Made by a program: the position numbers and the translations under genes
The notes under the pieces: model-generated
Seen by the model: the letters and a program-made list of their open reading frames with translations, nothing else
Databases searched by the model: none
Told to the model about the DNA's origin: nothing
Source of the DNA: Camelus dromedarius
Lineage: Eukaryota
Assembly (NCBI RefSeq): GCF_036321535.1
Contig: NC_087436.1
Location: 107,882,001-107,946,000, forward strand
DNA: 64,000 nucleotides
Reading direction: 5' to 3'
Part shown: in pieces, positions 36,495 to 49,658 of the stretch
Position numbering within the stretch: the first letter of the stretch is position 1
How the letters are laid out: each line of letters opens with the position of its first letter

Positions 36495-38200
36495 ATGTGG
36501 CCTCAGATTTCTCCCATTCTTCTTTTAAACCATCCCCAGCTTGTGGCTTTTCTTATCTTTACATTCATTACTTCATGGTCACAAAACAACTTATACATCT
36601 TTTTAAGGTAGAAAAGAAAGAAAAATATTTCCTTTTTTCAAAGTATAGGATTTCCTGTATACATCCACCCCAGTGAACTCGCTCTTTAGGGCTCATCTGG
36701 CTGACTAGAGCTACAAGAATGATTGCGAAAGTGGGTATCTATTTGGTAAATGGACACGGGGATGTCATGATTTATCTAGACAGACCAATCATGGTTCATT
36801 CTGAGAGCTGGGGGTATTGCCACCTTGAACATCATCATTAGCAAGGAAGAAAGGGGAGCTGGTGGATGAGCAAGCTCATCTTACTGAATGCCATGGTTCA
36901 TTCGATTCATTCATGTGACTGTCCCACAGTCGTATCAGAACTTCTTTCCAAACATATATTTAACATTGTGGAAACTAGGTGGAATGTTTCCACTCTCTCC
37001 TTGTGACCACACTAAGATTCATCCAGTTATATCGGATAAATCCAAGATCTCTAGGTGACTGACTGATGGTCTCCTCAATCATATATGAATATGGAGTTTT
37101 ATAACTGAGCCACCTAGTGAAAAGTTAACAGCCCCCGATATCCTAATACAATTGGACACTCAGTTAGACTCTTACTTAGCAAAGGAGAGAATGGGAAGAA
37201 CATAGTCCACAGTCTACAACACACACATCTTGCTGAACAAGGATGGAACTGTTAAGACAAAACTCTTTACTGTGACAGTGAACTAAGTTCTTTAGTTACA
37301 TCCACTGGACAGTTGAGGTGATCTGTCCATCATTCCCCTTGACCCCTGGTTCTGCCATATAGGATGCTTTTGGCTTGTATTTCTCCATGGTCCCAACTGA
37401 GGTAAGTTGTAGATAAGGATGCCCTTCATGGAACTGTGCAGATGTAACAGCCCAGGTCCCAGGAAGGGAGGTTGAAAGCTAACAGAATTGGGTTAGGGAT
37501 GGGTGGCTAGTTTTGGGGTTTCCTTGGCAGTATCTTTCCCTCAAATACTTAGTAGGCTTCCCGTCCATTTTTTTTGCCTAAAAATTTTATGCTCTAATTA
37601 CAGAGTCAAGTATCTTGCCTGGACTTAGTCTTTAAGTCAAAGTTTCCTTATCTTTTACTTTAATAGCCTCTACCCAGAGAAAATGAAACTAGTTTTAGAT
37701 AAGATGCACGAGTATTATTTCTGTCTTTGCTGGCAGAGCGTCTTACCATGAAGTGCATGGGTCAGGACTCATTCCCCAGTCGTATAAGTCCTACCTCCTG
37801 CTAAGTAAGCTCCAGTTTCCCTAAATCTCTCACTTTATCATGAGGTACACAAGTATACTTTTCCTATCCAGCACAACTCCCAATTATAGGACATACTGTG
37901 CCCAAAGTAATTCTTGTATTACAGGTGTCTTCCCTTGATTTTTAGGGTTTTTTTTGTTTTATTTGTTTGTTTGTTTTTGTTTTGTTTTGTTTTTACTAGG
38001 ATTTAGGTTCATTTCTCTTAAAGGAGAATCTAAAGGCTGTAAGATGTAGCCAACATACATACTTTTTGCTAACAATACCACTTCAGTGGACATAAGATCT
38101 GTATACCAAAGTGAATCAGGTGACAGTTTGGCCACACATTTTGCCACCACCTGATAAGGGTATTAGATGTCCTAGCCTGGACCTCCTGCCTCTCCCCTGT
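36495..38200 (-). mobile_element. Very old MaLR LTR (MLT1J/K/L-like) with probable degraded internal sequence
   Basis: CTTCATGGTCACAAA, CTCATCTGGC, GGGGTATTGCCACCTTGAACA and TTAGCAAGGAAGAAAGGGGA resemble old MLT1 LTRs (to ~36893). TTTTGCCACCACCTGATAAGGG (~38150) resembles MaLR internal sequence. The extent is uncertain. Confidence 0.4.
37947..37995. repeat. (TTTG)/(TTTTG)n simple repeat
   Basis: Read directly from the sequence. Confidence 0.85.
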
Positions 38201-39292
38201 TTTTTATAACCAACTGACTCCATTCAGGTAATTTACATTTTAGTGTCTGTACTTGTACTATGGTTTTTATAAGAACTAAATTCCTTATCAGCTAGTGGTG
38301 TTTTCTACCTGTAAGGAATATAGTTTGCTATATCCATCGAATAACAGAATTTGAGGTCATTTTTGGGCAAGGGTTTTATAGTTGACTATGAAGAGAAGCT
38401 GTCACAAGACCTCTTGTTTTTGCCAGCCTAGTGCTCATTCATTCTCCTTGAAATTGCAACGTGATTTTACTTGGGGATCTACCTCTCTTTTGGATAGAGT
38501 TTTAATAAAACTGTCCTTAGAGATGCTTCATCCTCCCTGGCAAAAAGTGACATCTGGGCTGAGCTATACCAACCAGACGTTGCACCTATGGAACAGGGAT
38601 TCTAAGTATGACACATGAATACCCCATGTGTTAGAGAAGCCTGAGTTTGCATCTTAGTAGCTCTTTAAAGTAGGTCAGATTCTTAATTTCACTAAGTCTT
38701 GGTTTCCTCATGTGAAAAATGGGAGCGATACTGGTTTGGGATGTGTGTGCGTGTGCGTGTGTGTGTGTCTATTTGAACTAAATGAGTAATGCATATAAAG
38801 AACCAATGAATGGTAGTCATCACTGTCATGAGTGTCCTGATCACTCCAGTCGGCATGTAGAGAATAGACCACAGGGGAGCAAACCTGCAGGAAAGAAGCC
38901 ATTTGAAGAGTCTGTTCACTCACAGAATTGAGAAATAGCAGTCCTCAGTTGATAGAGGTGGAGGAGGAAGTGACACAGGACAATTTCGGATGGAGGAAAG
39001 AGAATCTCTGGTGTTTAGTTGACTGTTTTGACTCAGAAGATGAAACAGAGGGGAGAACTTTGATATTGAAGGAACATGAAGGAAAATACTGACTCCTGAT
39101 TGGTCCCAGTTCCACTCCAGACAGAACTCTGACCAAGACAAGCTGGGTAACAAGTAGGTCATTTGAGTTGTTATTTGTGGATTCTCAAAAACCCAGCTTT
39201 TCCCTAAAATAGCATTCACTTTGATTTCCAACACTGTGATCTATGCTAAATGCTGAAAGGTGGTGGGTTTTAAAATAAGAGACTCCATATTC

Positions 39293-39339
39293 GGGTTTTT
39301 CTGTAGGGTTTTTTTGGGGGGTGGGGGAGGGGAGATAGC
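39293..39339 (-). mobile_element. 47-bp insertion with a 13-bp TSD; probable extremely 5'-truncated SINE tail
   Basis: AGACTCCATATTC occurs at 39280-39292 and 39340-39352. The reverse complement of the insert (…ATCTCCCCTCCCCCACCCCCCAAAAAAA…) resembles the CCTCCCCC-A-tail 3' end of the two SINEs in this window. Confidence 0.55.
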
Positions 39340-40735
39340 AGACTCCATATTCTGTATACGACTTCTTTTTAGAAGTAGAATAGGATGTTGATGGACACTG
39401 CAGGGATGATGTAAAATATCGATTGTTTCTATTAAAAAAAACTGTAATGGGTTAGGGAAACATATAATCATCAAGAATCTCTGCTAAATGAACCCATACT
39501 TTAAATAGGCTATGAACAGGCTGATAAGAAGATAAAGAAATGCAGTGTTCCCTGGGAAAAGCAGTCTGAGATTGCTTATGACAGCGAGACTTCTTCCTTT
39601 TCCGCAGACATTTTTCTCCAGTATTAATGCTGTTGTACAGAAAGTAACTGAAAAACAAAAGCTAGACCATAGCACTTAACTGAGTTATGATTTTCATAAC
39701 TAGGTAAGAAATATAGGGGATTTTTATCGGTTAAGTTGGAACTCCGGTAGGGCAGTGCTGGGGAGAGGCAGATATTTTCAAAATCAGATGCAAGCGGTAT
39801 AGACATGCACATCTTTGCTCTTAAATCCACCTCAGACACAGAGAGAACAGTCTGTCTGCTTGTTATGTTGGCCCTGTGACGATGGAAGGGTATTTAACCC
39901 AACCATATGGAGTCAACGCTTCAAGGACACGGAGAATCATACCATCTGAATCAACTAGTAACGAGAAATTCTGTGTCTGGGAATTGTCAGTGTAAAACGG
40001 CAGCCAGTGCTGTGGGCAGCGGTCTAATGGGGAACTTCTCTGCAGGGAGATGGATAACAGGAGGCCTTGCACACAGACAAAACAGAACCCACACCTGTGG
40101 TTGTTTACCGAGAGCAGACCGGCCCACGGAAAAAGACATCATTAATATGGTGGAAAGCGCCAGCAGCAATTTTAGCAAAATGAAAGAGCCTATAATATGG
40201 GAATGCCAAATGGTAGGCTTTGAAATTCAGTGTCTGATAGTAACAAGCTGCAATTTAGAGAAATCGTAGAGGTGGTCTGCAAGCTGTGTACCTGTCACAG
40301 CGCGTGGAACGTGGTACGTACTCGGTAAGTGTTTGTAGAATTGAAATCGGTGTATTTATATCATGAGCACAAATTTTTATACCTCTTTCCAAAAAAAGGT
40401 AGGAAGGCAGTTTGAGGCTGGAAGAGGATAATCGATAGAAGACAAAATAATAAACAAGGAGGCTGAGAGTCAGAGAGGCTTCCTGGATTTAAATCCTGGC
40501 TCCCTAACTATATGACCTGAGTAAGTTACTTCTCTTCTTTGAATTCTTAATTACTGCCAAAGATCTGTAATAATGCTATCTGCCAGAATGATTAAAAACT
40601 TCAAATGAGGTACACATGCCAATCATCTTGCATAAAGTCTGGCACATAGTCAAGTCCCAGTAAAGGTTATTCTTTCCTCCTTATAAGTTTCAATTATATG
40701 CCACCCTTGCATACCTATTTTGGAGCAGTCTGAAC

Positions 40736-40957
40736 CAGGAGTTGGCAGGTATGCCTCTCTGGCCAATTTTGTCCTGCTTTTTGTAAATAAAATTTTACCA
40801 GGACACAGCCATGCTCATTGGTTTATGTATTGTCTGTGTCTGCTCTCCTGTTATAATGGCAGAGTCAAGTAGTTGCAACAAAAAGCATCCTTAGTGCCTT
40901 GCAAAGCCCAAAATACTTACTGTCTGGCCCTTTACAGAAAAAGCTCGTCAGTCCCTG
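40736..40957 (+). mobile_element. MER58A-like hAT-Charlie DNA transposon
   Basis: CAGGAGTTGGCA...TTTTTGTAAATAAAATTTTACCAGGACACAGCCATGCTCAT...CTGGCCCTTTACAGAAAAAG...CCCTG; near full length with terminal inverted repeats. Confidence 0.85.
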
Positions 40958-41179
40958 GACTAAGGTCAGCATTTTCATAGAATAATCATGATTTTAATAG
41001 TCACGATGCAGTTGGGCTTCTTGGTTCTCCTTTCTTCTGTGCATTGTTTTCAAATGCATACCTTTTCAATTCGTATTCTACTTGTATCTTCCAGAACAAG
41101 AACCTTTTTATTTTGGCAACTCGACCACTCAGCTTTAAGCTTTGGATGTAGTTTGTTATCCAGTTCCTGTACTTTGCAT

Positions 41180-43400
41180 CCACTCATTCATTCACAAGGT
41201 TGCCCTCAAGGGCCTACACACAGAATGCTAGACGAGGAAGGTGAGGCCACTGCTGTTGAGCTCAGGGGGGACCCTGCCCATATCTATAAACAAACACATA
41301 AACAGAACTGTGAATAAACAAACCTTTGAGAAAATCAGCACATGAATAATTTAAAAGGAAGCTGATTTTAGGGAGCAGTGTGCTGGTGATGTGAAGTCAA
41401 GGTGGGCCAAGGATGAGCAGGGAAAGGAAATGACACATAAGCAGAGGCTTGAATGAGAAGGGACAGCTCAGCAAAGACCCTGGGAGAGATCTGTCCAGGC
41501 AGAGGGAGCCACTGGAGCAGAGACCACGAGCTGGGAAGGAGCGTGGCACTTACAAGGTCTGAAAGAAAGCTGGTGATGCCAAAACGTATGAGAATGCTGA
41601 TACACATGAGGGCAGAGAGAAGAAAAGGTGTATTTTAGAGGATGTTGCATATCACGATGTGGCAGGCTGGACTTTTCTCTTCCCACCCCCACCCCTGTGC
41701 ACACATCCAAGCAGTGATTGAGTTCTGACCATTCTGCATCCTTGACATCTTTCAGATCCACCCATACACCCTGGTTTTTTCTCCCCCCCATCTTCATAGC
41801 CGCCAACCTCTTACTCCTGCATCACGCCCAGTGTTTGCTAATGGACCACCGTGGCTGCCCTCCCTCCAGCCATCCTCCACAATGCTGAGTGCATGATCAT
41901 TCTAATTCATTCCCCTGCAAAAAGCCTTTCCCTAGCTTTGGCTGGGTCTCTGCTGCCTGGTCTGGTCCCTGCTGGCACTGCTCTGGTCTTCCTTCGCTCT
42001 CCATATGGGAACCTTTCAATCAAACCTTCAGAATCTAGTTCCTTTTCCTACATCCAGTTTGTCCACCCCCCTCCCCATTGCCCCCTCCTTCTTTTTGGCC
42101 CATTCTTACTCATGCTTCAGTTTAAGCCTGTGTTTTCTCTCCTGAGAAGCCTCCCCTTGCTTTCCAGGTGGATGTAGTGCCCTCTCCGAGCCCCTGCCAC
42201 ACTCCCAGCGGGACCCATCAGCGCTCCCGACGCTCTGACCCTTCACCCTGCCTTCATTATCTTTGTGGCCTTTTTTGCCACCTGACATGTTATGTTTGTC
42301 TGGTTACTTCTGTTATCTTTCATCTCTCTTACTAGAATTCTGGCTCTTTGATAGCAGGGATGTGGCTTTTTTCAGTGCTAAGTCGCTTGTACAATTTTTG
42401 GCAGGATAAATAGCTCCATAATTTTCGGCTGCATGAATTAATGGTCTAAGACACCATCATCTCCTAGACTACTGCATGGCCCCCACCCTTTCTCTAATCT
42501 ATTCCCTACATGATGTTCAGAGGGGAATTAAAAAAAATATAGATAGATGGATAGATAGGCAGGCTGTGGACTATCTATCAAATGAAGCTAGTGTTTCTTA
42601 TTGTAAAGAAGGGAATATGTATTATGTAACAATAGAATAATATAATATTATATAACATATACAACCTCATATATTATATAAATCTCTCTCTAAAATCACC
42701 TTTGCGCAGTCTGTATACCTCTACACTTCATCTTTTTCACTTCTGCTTTGTCTCTAGGCTCTAGTCACACTGGCTGTATGACTAGTCCCTCCAGTCCTTG
42801 GCTGTGCCAGGCTCCTTTCAGCCTCAGGATCTTTGCAGATGCAGCAACTTTGGTCTACACGTGGCTGGTCTTGGCATGGCCAGCAACTTCTGTGCTTCTG
42901 GCGTCAGCTTATACCCCACTTTCTCAGAGCCCTGTTTCTGTAGAGCCCTACTCCTCCCAGTATGTTCCACTCCTTCATCTGCTTTGTTTCCTTCACAACT
43001 CTTACCCTATTTGACTTTTAAGACTGTGCTTACATGAGTGTTTATTGTCTATTTCCTACACTAGGTTGTAACCTCCTTGAGTGTGTGAACAAAACCACAA
43101 CTGCTTTCTTGTATTGTATACCCAGTACTTAGCAGTGACTGGTGCATAGCAGGTGCTTAAGCATTTGCTGAATAAATGAATGAATGGAGCGCCTCACACA
43201 CTACCATAACATCCATCAGATTCACCATTCCCTGGGTTAGGTAATAAACATCTACACTGCAGGGACAATACTGTAATCATCTTTGTGTCCCCAGTGCTCA
43301 TAATAATATTCAAAACATAGGAGGGACCTGGTAAATATTGATTGTAGATCATAAAACATGACATTGTTGAAAAGTCATGGATGTGCTGGATGAACAGTAG
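41180..43400. mobile_element. Cluster of L2 fragments (both orientations)
   Basis: Includes an L2 3' end GTGACTGGTGCATAGCAGGTGCTTAAGCATTTGCTGAATAAATGAATGAATG (~43135-43186) and a reverse 3' end CACTCATTCATTCACAAG (~41182). Confidence 0.65.
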
Positions 43401-45339
43401 CAGAAGTAATGTTGCAATTGGAGTTAGAGAGAGTCCATTACTAGATGGGGAAAGAATAAAAAATGTCACCACTCATTTCTGGTACCCTAGGAGATCTTTG
43501 GGGGTGAGTTGGTGCTTTGCAGAGGCTGTAGAATTACCTAGAGGGAAGTATGCACCTGCAGATGTAAAGAGAATCATCATTTGGAAGAACAAGGACTAGA
43601 GAGAGAGCATTTGGGTCAAACAGACAATAACAATAAGGAATCCTGGACTCTACCAGGGGGCACTGGAAGGCTGTGACTGAACTGGGAACCATGACAAGGC
43701 TAATGGTTGAATTAAAAGACAGGACCCAGCACTAAATACTAAGGAACCCCACTATTGCTTATGATATTAGGCAGGGATCTGGCAGGCGCACGTGTGCTAC
43801 AGTTCCAGGCTCAGTGTGCATCGTGCGTGTGATGTGTTTTAACATAAACTCTTACTGACTTTCAGGACTTAGGATAGCTTTTAGAAAGCCACCTCAAAGA
43901 GCCAACTTGGTGCGTCTTAGGATTGGAACTGTAAGAGATACCCCCCACCCTCTGTAAAGCTCGGATGGTTTCATTGCATAAGTAGAGATGTTAAGAAGTA
44001 CTAGTTAGTTAAAATGAGAGAATCCTATAACCGACTGTCTTTTTTTCCTTTAAGCCATTAAAACTTTGTAAACTATATAAATAGATGCCACCCTCTGTAC
44101 AGAAAACTGGCATCTTGTCTAACTGACAGCTGCTGGAGTGTCTGCAGTAGATGTTAGGGACGGGATGTCATTTTATAAGCCTGCCTTCTTTTCTGAGTCT
44201 TAATTTGAAAAGCGGTAGCACCTTAGGAGAGACTATATTTTGAACTACTTTTAAAAAGAAGCCTTTTCAATGTGAAGATATCAAAACTGATTTTTTTTTT
44301 TAAATCAGTTCTTTGCTTAGTCAAAGCTGTCAACTCATTGCATGCACCAAAAGAACTCTATAAACAGTCAATAAATAATAGGGTTACTTTTCACTTTTAT
44401 TTTGAATAGGTTTTTTTTTTTTTTTTAAATAGATAGCAGATTTCAGCTAGTCAATAATTAAGGCATCTTATTGGCCGAGCAGGGGCAAATCATACCAAAT
44501 GAAGGGCTTCTGCTCTTTAAAAATCACTTCTCACATAACAAATGAGCTTAAAAAAACAAAATCAAGTTCAAATCTACATATAATAATAGTTCAGATGACT
44601 TTTTTAATCTTCTGAGGAAAAGTAAGTTAAACACAGAAGCTGTAAAGTAAACTGCCGGATAATCAAATTTCATTTGCCTCTTAACTCAGATTGAGCTAGA
44701 TTAGAGAGTAATGAATAGTCTCCCTTACATAATTTAGTTCCTTATGGCTTTGATTCTCCCCAGATTGGAGCTGCAGATGAGAGCAGGCATCTGTAGATGT
44801 CATGCTTAATCATGGTTGTTTTTAGAAATAAAATCTGTAATTTCAGAATGAAATTTGGGGACATCTCTTGGGCTTCACAAATGGCTCCTAAATAAGACAT
44901 TTAATTCTATGATGAAACTGGGGACTTGATCTTTAGAAACATCCTGTCTGCTTTGGCTTTATTTTTGGATGATCTTGAAGACATTCAGATTTTCATGAGA
45001 AACCATTTAAGCCAGTTGAAGTAAGACGCTCTCCTACGTGTTTCTTGTGTTTTTCCTCTTTAAAAGCTATTTTTTGAGTGTTAGTTTTGAACGTAAATTG
45101 ACATCACTTAGACCTTCCAGATAACATGTTTGCACTGATGCTGAGCACCAGAGCTGTCTGCTCTGCTGGCCAGAAGGGAAGATTGGACCCCACGTCTCAG
45201 CCTTGCCTCCTCCTTCTGGGTGGGATGGATCGGTGTCCGAGCAATGAATTGGAGGGGATGCTGCAGTTCCTCTGCATTCTCCTGGAGGCTCTGTGCCCTC
45301 CCTCTGCCACTGCTTTATGCCATCAGAGTAGAGTCATCT

Positions 45340-45830
45340 TCATTTCTTTATTCATCAGATATTTACTGAGTACTTACTCTGGGCTAGATATTATAATAGG
45401 AGTTGGAAATACAGCGAAATAAGCCTTCGTGCAGCTTCCGTAGAGAAGAAGAGTCAAGACGTGAGAAACAAGGCAAATGAAGAAACAACATGTTTTAGGC
45501 CTGGGATGAGTTCTGTGAAATAAATGAGCAGCAGATAGTAAGTGGATTTGAGGAGGATGAGGTTGGCTTTAGAAGGGCTATTGAGATGGGGTTTTTCTCA
45601 GGAGGTGACATTCAGGCCAACATCAGAAAGATGAGGAGTCAGTCAAGTAAAGACCTGAGGGAAGAAAGTTCTAGGCAGTGTGACTGAGGAATTTAGAAAA
45701 ATTTGTTTGGAGGGTGGCAAATGAGAGGGACGATGATGTGAGGTTGGAGGGGGGTAAGGGCCAGTCAGTGCCTTGTAGGGCTCAGCAAGGACTTTCGAGC
45801 TTATTCTAAATTTAATAGGGAACCATTTCA
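45340..45830 (-). mobile_element. L2 LINE fragment
   Basis: TTCATCAGATATTTACTGAGTACTTACT start; GGAGGTGACATTCAGG; TTATTCTAAATTTAATAGGGAACCATT. Confidence 0.65.
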
Positions 45831-46735
45831 TTTCTTTGGTATCTGATTCTCTTCTTTTCCCCAATCATAACGTACTTTTATGGCCCATTTTTATGTTCAT
45901 TTCCTTTCAACAAATCACTGAGCATTACACAGAATTCAGCCCTCATGAAGTTTAAGGTCCAGGTGGGGAGATGGACATCAGTCTAACAGCACGTAAGCTA
46001 GATTTTATGTGGACTAAAACTCAAGGAAACACCCCCCCACACATACAACACACACACTCAAAAATAACATGGGATCAAATATAACTCAGTTGACTTCAGT
46101 GCTCTGCCCAGTCTTTATTCTCTGTTTTCAATTCTCAGTCTTTAATTTCTTGGGTAGAACCTCATTAGGACATGACTTATGACTGTTTGGGGCTCTGAGT
46201 TCAATCCACTCTGTACTATGTATCTTTCACAGTTTATTTTTCTGAATTCTGTGACTGTAGAGGGAAAGTGGAAAGTATTATTTTTTCACTGATTTTATAC
46301 TGACATGACCCACTTTGTACATGATTCATGATGACCCCCATTTATTGTATAACGATGGAGACCTGACAGTTCTGAAAGGATAGGCATGTTGACTAGGAAG
46401 CCATCACGGGGAAATGAGATCTTGTTGGGGAGCTTGGGGGCAGAACTCCTTAAAGAGGTGACACCTGAGCTGAGACCTGAAGGAGGATAAGCTTAGCTAA
46501 GCCCAGACAGGAGGGGAGAGCGTTCCAGGCAGAGGGAACAGCACATGGGAAGCCGTGTGGCAGGAGGAAGTGAGAGAAGGCCAGGGCAGCTGGAGACAAG
46601 TGGACCAGCTGCTGCTCTATACAGGTGGATACAGCAGAACGTCACCCAAGGGACACGTGTGTTTTGTGCAGGTTATCATACATCCTGAATAAAAGAGACA
46701 TTAAAATAATAGAATTGCCTACCTTGCTTGAGATT

Positions 46736-47677
46736 CTCTTTCTTTTTTTTATTTCTTTTTTTTTAAATTGAACTATAGTCGGATTACAATGTTGTGTCAA
46801 TTTCTGGTATACGGCATAATGTTTCAATTATACATATACATACATGTATTTGTTTTCATATTCTTTTCCATTATAGGTTACTACAGAATATTGAATATAG
46901 TTCCTGTGCTGTACAGTAGAAACTTGTTGTTTATTTTATATGTAGTAGTTAGTATCTGCAAATCTCAAACTCCCAATGTATCCCTCCCCACCCCCTTTCC
47001 CCAGTAACCATAAGATTGTTTACTATGTCTGCAAGTCTGTTTCTGTTTTGTAGATGAGTTTATTAGTTTCCTCTGTGTTCTTTTTTTTTTTAGATTCGAC
47101 ATATGAGTGATGTAATATGGTATTTTTCTTTCTCTTTCTGGCTTACCTCACTTAGAATGACAGTCTCCAGGTCCATCCATGTTGCTGCAAATGGCATTAC
47201 TTTATTCTTTTTTATGGCTGAGTAATATTCCATTGTATAAATATACCACAGCTTCTTTATTCAGTCATCTGTTGATGGACATTTAGGTTGTTTCCATGTC
47301 TTGGCTATTGTATATAGCGCTGCTATGAACATTGGGGTGCATGTGTCTTTTCAAATTAAAGTTCCCTCTGAATATATGCCCAGGAGTGGGATTGCTGGAT
47401 CATATGATAAGTCTATTTTTAGTGTTTTGAGGAATCTCCATACTGTTTTCCACAGGGGCTGCACCAAACTGCATTCCCACCAGCAGTATAGGAGGGTTCC
47501 CTTGTCTCCACACCCTCTCCAGCATCTATTGTTTGTGGACTTTATAATGATGGCCATTCTGACTGGTGTGAAGTGATACCTCATTGTAGTTTTAATTTGC
47601 ATTCCTCTGATAATTAGTGATATTGAGCATGTTTTCATGTGCCTGTTGGGCATTTGTATATCTTCACTGGAGAAATG
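46736..47677 (-). mobile_element. Relatively young 5'-truncated L1 (ORF2 C-terminal remnant + 3' UTR + polyA)
   Basis: ORF 47351..47653(-) encodes [18 protein letters not shown]...[33 protein letters not shown]...[11 protein letters not shown], the L1 ORF2p cysteine-rich C-terminus. A poly(T) tract lies at the left end. Tentative TSD TGCTTGAGA / TGCTTAAGA. Confidence 0.93.
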
Positions 47678-48499
47678 CTTAAGACAAGGAGAGACTTTCA
47701 GAGCAGGAAAGAGCCATGAGGAAAGAATAATTTAGCCACCTGTAGTAATGGGCAAGAAAGCTTGCACAAGAGCTGAATGACACCTGTCACACACAGTTAA
47801 TCCAGTATTTTTACCAATACTCCAACCATATACTGGATACAATTTAAACTAGGTTTGTATTTCAGAAGGTTTTTTTCTTTTCTATCTTATATTTACTATA
47901 AGACCGGAAAGTTACATGGAAGAACGTGGTAGTTGTCTAAGGAGAGCTTTACACTGAAGAAATATGCTCGCTTCATACACATGAAATTAGCAAGTATTTA
48001 AAATCCTGCTTTTGCCAAGTGTTGATGAGGACTGGGGAAATAGGAACACTGAAACACTATTGCTTGCAGTGTAAATTATTACATCCCTTTCCAAAGCAAT
48101 TTGGCACCAAAGGATAGAGCAGAAGACACACACACACGCCGCATAACCAAAAAGGTCCATTCCTAAGTAAAAACCTTGGAGTTACTGTTGCAGGTGCGCA
48201 TCAGAGGTGAGTTTAAGAACATCCATGCTGCGATGTCAATATAAAAAGAGGTGCACAGGCTTGGTAAGCATCACACTTAGACAGCATCAGAAAGGGTCCG
48301 TGGACGGCTATAGCAATGTGTGTAAGGTTTAATTTTCCTTAGGCTAGGTAGGAGACACAGAAGTATTTTTTATTTATTATTTTTGTGTGTTTTAAAAATA
48401 TATATGTAATAAATGAAAGAATAAAATATAAAAACACTGTCACAATGGCACAATCTCAAGAAACGTTCTTTTATTTTTCCAAAAATATTAGAACAATAC

Positions 48500-48844
48500 T
48501 GTCTTAGTCCTGTTGAGCTGCTCTAACAAAAATACTGTAGCCTGTGGGTGGCTTAAACACTACTCATTGATGTCTCACAGTTCTGCAGACGGGGAAGGGA
48601 GGCCAAGACCTGGCAGTTGCTGGCAGATCCAGTATCTGGTGAAGGCCTGTTTCCGGGTTCCTGTCTTCTCGCTGGGGCGTCACGTGGAGGAAGGGGTGAG
48701 GGATCTCTCTGGGGTCTCTCTTACGGACTCCACTCTCACGAACTAATCACTTCCCAAAGGTCCCACTTCCTAATACCATCACATTATGAGGTTGGGACGT
48801 CAACACATGCATTTTGGGGAGACACAAGCATTCAGTCCATAACA
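48500..48844 (-). mobile_element. MLT1A-like MaLR solo LTR with a perfect 5-bp TSD
   Basis: TG...CA termini (TGTCTTAGTCC...CAGTCCATAACA) flanked by AATAC at 48495-48499 and 48845-48849. Confidence 0.9.
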
Positions 48845-49006
48845 AATACCTGGAAACACCGATGCAGGTTGTGACTGTTTGGAGACACCCTGACCTTCAG
48901 GCTTGTGGTTTCGGGCTTCAGGTCACCATGCCGCACACTCGCAGGGGAGCACCAGCGCACCAAGGTCTCTGCCAGGAGTCAGGAAGCTTTCTCTGTACAA
49001 GTCCAG

Positions 49007-49430
49007 TGTTTCAGTTTCCTGGCTTGCTGTAATAAATTACTGCAAACTTAATGGCTTAAAAAAAGATATTTATTCTTTCACAGTTCTGGAGGCCAGAAAT
49101 CCAAAATCAAGGTGTCAGCAGGACTCTGCTCCCTCCAGAGGCTCTGAGGGAGAATCCTTGCCTTTTCCAGCTTCTGCTGTCTCCCAGCAAGTCTTTGAAT
49201 CTCGTGGCACGTGGCCACAAAATTCTAGTTTCTTTCCTCTGTATTAGTACTGCCTTCTCTTCTGTGTATGTCTTATCTCCCTCTGCCTCTCTCATGTAAG
49301 GACACTTACCGTGTCATTGAGGGCCCACTCAGATAAACCAGGATAATCTCATTGTTTCAAGATCCTTAACTTAATTACATCTGCAAAGACCTTTTTTCCC
49401 CAAATAAGATCACATTCACAGATCAGAGCA
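49007..49430 (-). mobile_element. MLT1C-like MaLR solo LTR
   Basis: CACAGTTCTGGAGGCCAGAAATCCAAAATCAAGGTGTCAGCAGG...GATCCTTAACTTAATTACATCTGCAAAGACC...AAATAAGATCACATTCACAG. Confidence 0.85.
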
Positions 49431-49441
49431 TGGCTGTGTCT

Positions 49442-49658
49442 CAGAGTCATTAGCAGACTCCAGCAGCGAGGTGGTAGGTATTTTAGGATCTGTGGCCTGT
49501 TTGGTCTCTGTCACAGCTGCTCCATTCTGTCATTGTAGCCTGAAAGTGGCCATAGATGGTACAAAAACAAACAAACTTGCTGTGTTTCACTAAATTTTTA
49601 TTTATGGAACAGGTGAGGGGCTGGATTTGACTGGGTAGTGATGAAGTTTGCGGTCCTG
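49442..49658 (-). mobile_element. MER58A-like DNA transposon
   Basis: Reverse-orientation counterpart of the 40.7 kb element (GTATTTTAGG...GGTCTCTGTCACAGCTGCTC...GCTGTGTTTCACTAAAATTTTATTTATG...GCTGGATTTG). Confidence 0.7.

Noticed and set aside
45150..45170. Possible REST/NRSE site (AGAGCTGTCTGCTCTGCTGGC)
   Set aside because: Only about 13/21 match to the consensus, with mismatches in core positions.
47351..47653. L1 ORF2-like ORFs (also 57301-58093) as functional genes
   Set aside because: They are truncated, frameshifted retrotransposon remnants.
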